IMG/VR virus record: IMGVR_UViG_3300049019_000116
Location: 1 to 42,908 of that record
From: a virus
Taxonomy: Duplodnaviria; Caudoviricetes
Reading direction: 5' to 3' (one strand)
Length of the DNA stretch: 42,908 bases
Of the stretch, positions 36,455 through 42,908 are shown piece after piece. Numbering within the stretch: position 1 is the stretch's first letter; every line of letters starts with the position of its first letter. The notes below the pieces were generated by a model that did no database searches, was not told the origin of the DNA, and worked only from the letters and a program-made list of their open reading frames with translations. The position numbers were made by a program, and so were the translations under genes.

Positions 36455-37009
36455 ATGGTAGTCAGCAACGGGATCTGGGATCTAAATACAGCAATTTGGG
36501 GACACGTACATAGTTTGGCACTAGCTAAGGCTTTGAATGATATTTTCGATAAATCAAACCCGATAATGGATCTGGGATGTGGTATTGGTTTTTATTCTGA
36601 ATTTTTGGAGAAAAGGGGGCATTTCGTCTATAGCTATGAAGGCACACCAGGTATAAGTGAAATAGCGTTGACTAGGCCAATCTACCCTATCGATCTCACT
36701 ACTGACTATGGTTTTGTAGAAAAGGGGCAAGTACTGTGCCTGGAAGTAGGAGAACACATCCCTTATGAGTTTGAAGATATCTTCGTTTACAACATCACGA
36801 AAGTTTGTAACAGCAAACTTGTATTGTCGTGGGCGGTGCCTGGCCAAGGTGGTGATGGACATGTAAACTGTGCCGATAATTCATACATTATCAAAAAGAT
36901 TGAGGAGAAAGGATTGAAATACAATATTGAGCAAAGTAATTACCTGCGCGCTCATGCAAGCAATTGCACCTGGTTTAGTAATACGATAATGGTTTTCGAC
37001 AGAATATGA
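36455..37009 (+). CDS. Class I SAM-dependent methyltransferase of the glycan-locus type
   Basis: MDLGCGIG, CLEVGEHIP, WAVPGQGGDGHVN. Confidence 0.85.
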   Translation: MVVSNGIWDLNTAIWGHVHSLALAKALNDIFDKSNPIMDLGCGIGFYSEFLEKRGHFVYSYEGTPGISEIALTRPIYPIDLTTDYGFVEKGQVLCLEVGEHIPYEFEDIFVYNITKVCNSKLVLSWAVPGQGGDGHVNCADNSYIIKKIEEKGLKYNIEQSNYLRAHASNCTWFSNTIMVFDRI

Positions 37010-37725
37010 CAATACACGAATGGTTGCGCAATCCTTCCGACTTTGAAACAGGAAGACAATTGTATGATAAGTACGGTACTCTTCAAGCTTTGAAGAAAGC
37101 TTTTGCAAGAGGAGAACTGTATGAAAACTTAGTTTACGAGCTCGGCAAGATTGCTGAAGGAATTCCGGAACTGCCATCGGAAACCAAAACCATTGTTTCG
37201 GAAAGTAAAAAGCCGGTTTTGGAAATTTCTGAAGATGATTTGATAATTATCGAAAATGAAAGGGATGAAGCAGTAGAGCGCGTAGAGGAGCTGGAAGAGC
37301 AGGTGGATGACCTAACCAATGAAAATGAGGAATTGACTGATGAGTTGAAGGATCTGAAGGAAGGAATTTACAAGGCAGTATGTTCTGAGGAACAAAATCA
37401 AAAACTGCGGCCGCTTTATAACGAAAGAAGCTTTTTGCACAACAATCTGGAATTATTGTCAACTGACAAGGAGCGATATGATTCAGCTTTAAGAATTGAG
37501 GAATTGACCGATCAGATCGAAAAAATACTGAATCCTCCTTCGGAACCTCCTGTAAAGGAACTTTACGATTTTACCCACCTAAGCCCTGAGCAAAAACTAA
37601 AGGAGCTTCAGAATATCAGATCCAGGATATCGAAGCAGAAGAAAAATAAGAAACGAGCCGATGATGTCGCGGTGTGGATGAAGCAAAAACAGATTTTAGA
37701 AAAGGAATTGGGGATTAATCAATGA
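37006..37725 (+). CDS. Coiled-coil hypothetical phage protein
   Basis: IHEWL..DFETGRQLY N-terminus, acidic coiled coil, NIRSRISK. Confidence 0.6.
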   Translation: MTIHEWLRNPSDFETGRQLYDKYGTLQALKKAFARGELYENLVYELGKIAEGIPELPSETKTIVSESKKPVLEISEDDLIIIENERDEAVERVEELEEQVDDLTNENEELTDELKDLKEGIYKAVCSEEQNQKLRPLYNERSFLHNNLELLSTDKERYDSALRIEELTDQIEKILNPPSEPPVKELYDFTHLSPEQKLKELQNIRSRISKQKKNKKRADDVAVWMKQKQILEKELGINQ

Positions 37726-38318
37726 GCGAAGAATTAGATAAGTCGCGCCCAGCCTTCCGAAACTATGAAGGTACTACTTTTGACCGTATCCTTAGGTCCT
37801 ATGATGAGAGCACGCCAATCAAACTGAAGCAACACGAACAAGATCAGCGCAAGAGATGGGAAGCCGCATTCACCATGCTGATAGATACGGAAGACATCAA
37901 CGACCGCGAAGATGTTGCAAATAAGCTTGTCGAACTATTTAATATAAAACGATCAACAGCCTACCAGGACATTGCCAATGCAATAAATCTATTTGGGGAT
38001 ATACACAAAGCCAGGAAGGAAGGGAAAAAGTATATTTTGGAGAGATTCGCAATGGCGGGTTTGAAAATTGCCAGCAAGGGCAAAAATGCAAAACTGATCC
38101 TGGAATACATCAAATTTCTATTTGAGCTTAATGGAGGTAGTGAAGATGAATTTGCGCAGCCCGATTGGGATGTTGTTTTGAACCAGGTTAATATATCCAT
38201 CACTGGTAATCCTGAGGATATTGGATTAAAACCGGTTGAAAACATTGCAGAATTGTTTGAAAAGTTCAAGGTGAAGAAAAAGAAACAACAAATTAACCTG
38301 GACGAGTTCAATGGCTGA
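37722..38318 (+). CDS. Terminase small subunit
   Basis: HTH-like FNIKRSTAYQDI; directly upstream of and overlapping TerL. Confidence 0.65.
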   Translation: MSEELDKSRPAFRNYEGTTFDRILRSYDESTPIKLKQHEQDQRKRWEAAFTMLIDTEDINDREDVANKLVELFNIKRSTAYQDIANAINLFGDIHKARKEGKKYILERFAMAGLKIASKGKNAKLILEYIKFLFELNGGSEDEFAQPDWDVVLNQVNISITGNPEDIGLKPVENIAELFEKFKVKKKKQQINLDEFNG

Positions 38319-39939
38319 TATTTTAGAAAGAAAAGTTTACTTCAATAAGGCCCAACTGGACGAACAATTGATAGACGCGAACGTCTTTTACGGCGTTTGG
38401 GGTCGTGGTACAGGAAAGTCATCAGGGCCTTTGGCAAGGAGAAGCCGAAGGAACATTGTTGAGATGCCCAGGTCAAAAGGGGCAATAATAGGCGAAACAT
38501 ATCAGCAGATTCTAACTCGCACGCTCCCTTCCACTATTGCCGCGTGGGAAAAACTGGGATTTATTAAGGATAAACATTATTTTATCGGCAAAAGGCCGCC
38601 TAGGAAGTGGAAGTGGAAAGAACCATTCGAACCGCCGCCTTCTTATGACCATTATATTTCAGTTTGCAACGGTGCAGGCGTTCACCTGGTGAGTCAGGAT
38701 CTTATAGGTTCTTCAAATGGATTGAATATATCCTGGATTATTGGTGATGAGGCCAAATACCTGAATAGGAAGAAGTACCTGGATGAAACATTCCCGACAA
38801 TAAGAGCCGACCAAGATAGATACGGTCATTTGCCATTTTACGCCAGCGAGACATTTACTACATCCATGCCCACGGTTGCAGACGCGAAGTGGATTCTGGA
38901 AATGGACAAGCAAGTAGATCCAGAGCAAATTAAATTGATAAGAGGATATCAATACGAGATTTTGAAGCTTAGAATTTTGGGTGACACCAATATATCGACG
39001 TCTAAGAAACTTGCAATTGCAACTGAAATAAGGAAGTATCAAAAAAACCTCGCTGAGCTTCAAAAAGATTGCATTTACTATAGTGAATTTTCATCAATTG
39101 AAAATGTCGCGATATTAGGTGAGAACTATCTACGGAAGATGAAAAGGACAATGCCTGATTTCATCTTCGAAACGGAAATTCTTAATAAGAGGCCTGATAA
39201 AATAGAGGGTGGCTTTTATCCTGCCTTCAATACGGAAATTCATACCTATACTGCCTTTAATAATTCATTTCTTCAAAACATAGACTATGATCTAAGCAAA
39301 ATTTCAGATGATTCGCGTCAGGATGGTGATTGTGTCAAGACAATGCCTTTGCATATAGCCGTAGATTGGGGTAGTAGAATTAATTGCATGTCAATAGCCC
39401 AATGGCATAGGGCTAAAAATGAGGTCAAATTTATCAAGTGTCTTCACGTACTACATCCTGAGTATCTTGATCACCTAGCCGCAAAATTCATAGCTTATTA
39501 CCAACATCACACATGTAAGGAGGTGTTTTTTGCATACGACCACACAGGCAATACAAGTATGGCCAATAGCGACAAGACATATAGTGCCCAGTTTTCTTTG
39601 AAACTGTTAAAGGCAGGATGGAGGTGCTATATGGTAAGTAAGGGCAAGGCAGCACCAACACACCAAGAGAAGTATCTACTATGGCAGAGGCTATTGGAGC
39701 GTAAGGATAGTAGGGTGCCTATTATATCCTTTAATAAATACAATTGTAAAGAGCTTATAATTTCCATGTTGCAAGCACCCGTTATGCAGGGGCCACGTGG
39801 TATAGTAAAGGATAAATCATCAGAAAAGAATATCAATGTACCACAACAAGAGGCCACACACTATAGCGACACTGCTGATATACTAGTAAGCCAATTATTC
39901 ACATCATTAATAAGAAAAACCCCTGATTTCGTGATGTAG
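38311..39939 (+). CDS. terL: Terminase large subunit
   Basis: WGRGTGKS, IIGDEAK, TTSMP, nuclease AVDWG and THYSDTAD. Confidence 0.92.
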   Translation: MADILERKVYFNKAQLDEQLIDANVFYGVWGRGTGKSSGPLARRSRRNIVEMPRSKGAIIGETYQQILTRTLPSTIAAWEKLGFIKDKHYFIGKRPPRKWKWKEPFEPPPSYDHYISVCNGAGVHLVSQDLIGSSNGLNISWIIGDEAKYLNRKKYLDETFPTIRADQDRYGHLPFYASETFTTSMPTVADAKWILEMDKQVDPEQIKLIRGYQYEILKLRILGDTNISTSKKLAIATEIRKYQKNLAELQKDCIYYSEFSSIENVAILGENYLRKMKRTMPDFIFETEILNKRPDKIEGGFYPAFNTEIHTYTAFNNSFLQNIDYDLSKISDDSRQDGDCVKTMPLHIAVDWGSRINCMSIAQWHRAKNEVKFIKCLHVLHPEYLDHLAAKFIAYYQHHTCKEVFFAYDHTGNTSMANSDKTYSAQFSLKLLKAGWRCYMVSKGKAAPTHQEKYLLWQRLLERKDSRVPIISFNKYNCKELIISMLQAPVMQGPRGIVKDKSSEKNINVPQQEATHYSDTADILVSQLFTSLIRKTPDFVM

Positions 39940-40116
39940 GCAGGATTGAAGGCCGCCCCCTCATATATCGTAAAAAAATGATTTTGGCAATTGCGGAAAT
40001 CAACTCAGTGGCCGGCTGGGTTTTCGTGGCTATTCTTATTGAAAAAATTGCATAAAAAATTTCAATATCCTTGTTTTCAAAAGTTTAGTTATTTCTAAAC
40101 TGGACTAGACTTTTTA

Positions 40117-40160
40117 AAAACCCTGTCCTTTTTTTAGTATAAAGGATCCCGCTACTTAGC
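40117..40160 (+). promoter_or_regulatory. Putative late promoter motif (copy 3)
   Basis: AAAACCCTGTCCTTTTTTT at 40117-40135, upstream of the portal operon. Confidence 0.7.
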
Positions 40161-40175
40161 AGAAATATTCAATTG

Positions 40176-40538
40176 ATGCCGGTAGTACCGCTGATTTCAC
40201 TTAAGGAAGTTTTGGAAGACATGTCGAAAAGGGAAGTGCCCTTCTCAATTACTTTCATCACGCTGGATAGGAAGAGAAAGAAAGGGGGCGAGGTGATCAG
40301 GATTGAAAAGGGAATACAGAGCGGTAGTGCACAAGAAGTTGCACAAGTAACCACAAGTGAAAAAGACAATTCATTGGAAGCCAATAAGGTTGAAGTGAAT
40401 CTTGTCCACAACAAATCCACAAGACCAAACCATTACAAGCACCGCACAAGGAATATTTTCATTTGTGGCACCAGCCAGATCAGGAAGGTGCACATAAGAT
40501 TGATCACAGAATTCAACTCTAAAAAAGTATACTATTAA
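40176..40538 (+). CDS. Phage protein upstream of the portal
   Basis: PFSITFIT, PNHYKHRTRNI, IRKVHIRLITEFN; TAATG-coupled. Confidence 0.65.
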   Translation: MPVVPLISLKEVLEDMSKREVPFSITFITLDRKRKKGGEVIRIEKGIQSGSAQEVAQVTTSEKDNSLEANKVEVNLVHNKSTRPNHYKHRTRNIFICGTSQIRKVHIRLITEFNSKKVYY

Positions 40539-41887
40539 TGAGTATCGTAATAAGTGAAGATGGCTTATCGGCAGTATTGAAAGGTTCCAAAGCACTGGTG
40601 ACCATCAAGAACGATAAGTCAACACGCCCAACATCTCCTATTGTGGATGACTATACAGTCAGGAATGGTAGGATTGCACGATGGGGGGATGATAATTTAT
40701 TTCCTCAAACCGTTATTGAAGAGTGTTCAAAGAACACTATCATCCCTTCGACGCTGGGGAAAAAGGCGGAACTACTTTACTCCGGAGGCTTATATACTGC
40801 CATGTTCCAGGATCTGGACGACAAAGGAAATGAAATTGTAAAGCCTGTTTACTACCAGCCTTTCGAAGACTTCAAGAGGATGACAAACCTAAACAGGTAT
40901 CTTATTGAATCTATCACGGACTTCTATTGGTTCTACAATCCATTCCCTGAGCTTATTTTGTCCAAAGACCTCAATAAAATTGTAGGTATTTCAGAGCAGG
41001 AATCTGCATACAGCAGGTGGGGAATTCAAAATCCAGATAGCGGACTAGTAGATTATTGCTACATCAACGCATGTTGGGGAAACTTCAAGTCTGACTCCGA
41101 TAAAACCACAACCAAAGTACCAGTACTGGATCCGTACTTCGACGCAGTAGGAAATCTGAAGGCGATGGGTGAACACAAAGTTATTTACCCAATCTCCTAT
41201 CCGACACCAGGCAAAACTTATTACCAGCTTGCGCACTGGAATTCTGTTCGCTCCTCCGGATGGCTCGACGTTGCACAATCAATTCCAAAATTCAAAAAGT
41301 ACCTTTTCGAAAATCAGATTACTTTAAAATATCATATCCAAATCCCCAATACATTCTGGGAATGGAAGTACCGCGACTGGGAATCCATGCCTTTGGTAGA
41401 GAAAAAAGAAAAGATTAACGAGGAGTTGAAGCAATTTGAAGACGTGATGAGCGGTGCAGATGGATCATTCAAATCATTATTCTCCTCATACATGGCCGAC
41501 GAGGACGGAAAAGAATATGGAAAGTGGATAGTGAATGAGCTGGGTACTAAGAATAACAGCGATATGTACATCGAAGACAGTGCCGAAGCAAGTTCTCACT
41601 TACTTTATGCGCTGGGCGTCGATCCTTCATTGGTAGGCTACAGCATTGGAAAAGGCATGGGTGCAGGATCCGGAAGCGACAAACGCGAAGCTTTCAATAT
41701 GTACCAGACGCTTTGCCAGATGCACCGTGATATCATTCTCGAACCGCTGTATTTTATCCGCGACTACAATAATTGGGATCCAAAACTAAGATTCCTTTTC
41801 AGATACAACGAGGCGAAGACTGCCGACAAGTTGAACCCGGAAGACAGAAGCCTATCTAAAAAACCAGAATCAAATGCCACTGTTTAA
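40538..41887 (+). CDS. Portal protein
   Basis: WGDDNLFPQ, YPTPGKTYY, ALGVDPSLVG, GSGSDKREA; 449 aa after TerL. Confidence 0.8.
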   Translation: MSIVISEDGLSAVLKGSKALVTIKNDKSTRPTSPIVDDYTVRNGRIARWGDDNLFPQTVIEECSKNTIIPSTLGKKAELLYSGGLYTAMFQDLDDKGNEIVKPVYYQPFEDFKRMTNLNRYLIESITDFYWFYNPFPELILSKDLNKIVGISEQESAYSRWGIQNPDSGLVDYCYINACWGNFKSDSDKTTTKVPVLDPYFDAVGNLKAMGEHKVIYPISYPTPGKTYYQLAHWNSVRSSGWLDVAQSIPKFKKYLFENQITLKYHIQIPNTFWEWKYRDWESMPLVEKKEKINEELKQFEDVMSGADGSFKSLFSSYMADEDGKEYGKWIVNELGTKNNSDMYIEDSAEASSHLLYALGVDPSLVGYSIGKGMGAGSGSDKREAFNMYQTLCQMHRDIILEPLYFIRDYNNWDPKLRFLFRYNEAKTADKLNPEDRSLSKKPESNATV

Positions 41888-42872
41888 GACAATAACCGAA
41901 GTAAAAAAATATGTATCAGTGAATGCCGCCACTGATCTTGATTCTTTGATGCCCGACATAATCGATGCAGAAGAGGAATACATAGTAAAATATCTGGGAC
42001 AGGAGCAATATGAAGCATTGGTGACAGCTTATGAAGGTGATTCTACCAATCTTGACATTCAGAATCTTGTCGAAAAGGTTCAAAAACCATTGATAAACCT
42101 TGCCCTGGCTAACTATATTATCCTTAACCAGGTGCAAATTTCAGAAACCGGGGTTCACATCGTGACCGACGCAGACAACAAAACCGCGTGGCAATGGCAA
42201 ATAAATGACCTGATTGACTATTTTCTGAAGAAAGGATTCAACGGATTAGAAACTTTGCTCACTTACCTGGAAGCGAAGAGATCTACTTATACTATCTGGT
42301 CGGGATCCACAGCCTATACCGACTACAAAAAGTTTTTCATTAACAGCGCTTACGAATTTCAAAAGCACTACAATATAAAAGGCTCACGCCTTACTTATCT
42401 TTCCCTCTCTTCCATCATGAAGCGGGTGGAAGATCTGCACATCAAGCCTGCAATTTCTCCTGAACTATTCGCGGAGCTGAAGACAGCCATCAAGACAGGA
42501 GATGCCCTTTCAGAGGATCATGCTGCATTGATTGAGTTGATCAACCCTGCAATTGCATACCTCACAATTGGCGAAGCGTGTGGTGAAATGGCCGTGGAAT
42601 TCCAGATGGATGCATTCGTAGTAATTCAAACTAAAGGACGGCAGGATAAAACCACTGCACCGAATAGTCTTTTGGAAGTAAAGAAAGAAAAAGCCTGCAA
42701 AACCGGCGGCACTTACCTGAAAGACCTGGTGGATTATCTGAATAAGAATGCCAGCGAAACAAAATACATTACCTATTACAACTCCGATTCCTACCATGCG
42801 CCAGCTAACGGCGATTTTGGTGTGATTAAAAATGACGACACAACCAGAAAAATATATAACGCGCTCGGTTAA
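41874..42872 (+). CDS. Head-tail adaptor-like protein (DUF6712-like), two similar halves
   Basis: AEEEYIVKYLGQEQYEAL vs VEDLHIKPAISPELFAEL; follows the portal. Confidence 0.6.
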   Translation: MPLFKTITEVKKYVSVNAATDLDSLMPDIIDAEEEYIVKYLGQEQYEALVTAYEGDSTNLDIQNLVEKVQKPLINLALANYIILNQVQISETGVHIVTDADNKTAWQWQINDLIDYFLKKGFNGLETLLTYLEAKRSTYTIWSGSTAYTDYKKFFINSAYEFQKHYNIKGSRLTYLSLSSIMKRVEDLHIKPAISPELFAELKTAIKTGDALSEDHAALIELINPAIAYLTIGEACGEMAVEFQMDAFVVIQTKGRQDKTTAPNSLLEVKKEKACKTGGTYLKDLVDYLNKNASETKYITYYNSDSYHAPANGDFGVIKNDDTTRKIYNALG

Positions 42873-42908
42873 AATGGAGGATTTGTACAAAACAGTATCG
42901 GCAATAGT
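42782..42908. repeat. Terminal repeat copy (identical to 1-127)
   Basis: Exact sequence identity. Confidence 0.95.

Noticed and set aside
1-42908. Genome-wide TAG reassignment
   Set aside because: Genes are full length and densely packed under the standard code, and no suppressor tRNA is visible

Overview
The window is a complete, circularly assembled temperate tailed phage genome of about 42,781 bp. Bases 1-127 repeat exactly at 42782-42908, most likely an assembly overlap. Gene content suggests a Bacteroidota host (BT4734/VirE-N primase, SprB repeats, DUF3127 SSB, DUF4468, TAnnTTTG-like promoters). Modules starting from attP (~10.9 kb): tyrosine integrase with a tRNA-3'-end attP; CI/Cro/antirepressor switch; small early genes; primase-helicase; a dual-frame C5 DNA methyltransferase; SSB; an iterated origin; two paralogous putative regulators; amidase; tail fibre plus glycan-active receptor-binding proteins; S49 protease/scaffold, capsid and tail tube; a triple-domain glycosyltransferase plus methyltransferase in the terminase operon; portal; holin-like genes and a u-spanin; tail proteins; tape measure. 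The most unusual elements are (1) a GT11+GT2/7+GT25 fusion with a SAM methyltransferase behind a putative late promoter, a candidate virion or host-surface glycosylation system, (2) an exact 19-bp motif heading three late operons, with candidate activators, and (3) an EcoHK31I-type methyltransferase encoded in two overlapping frames. All family calls come from motif recognition by eye; no database searches were run.
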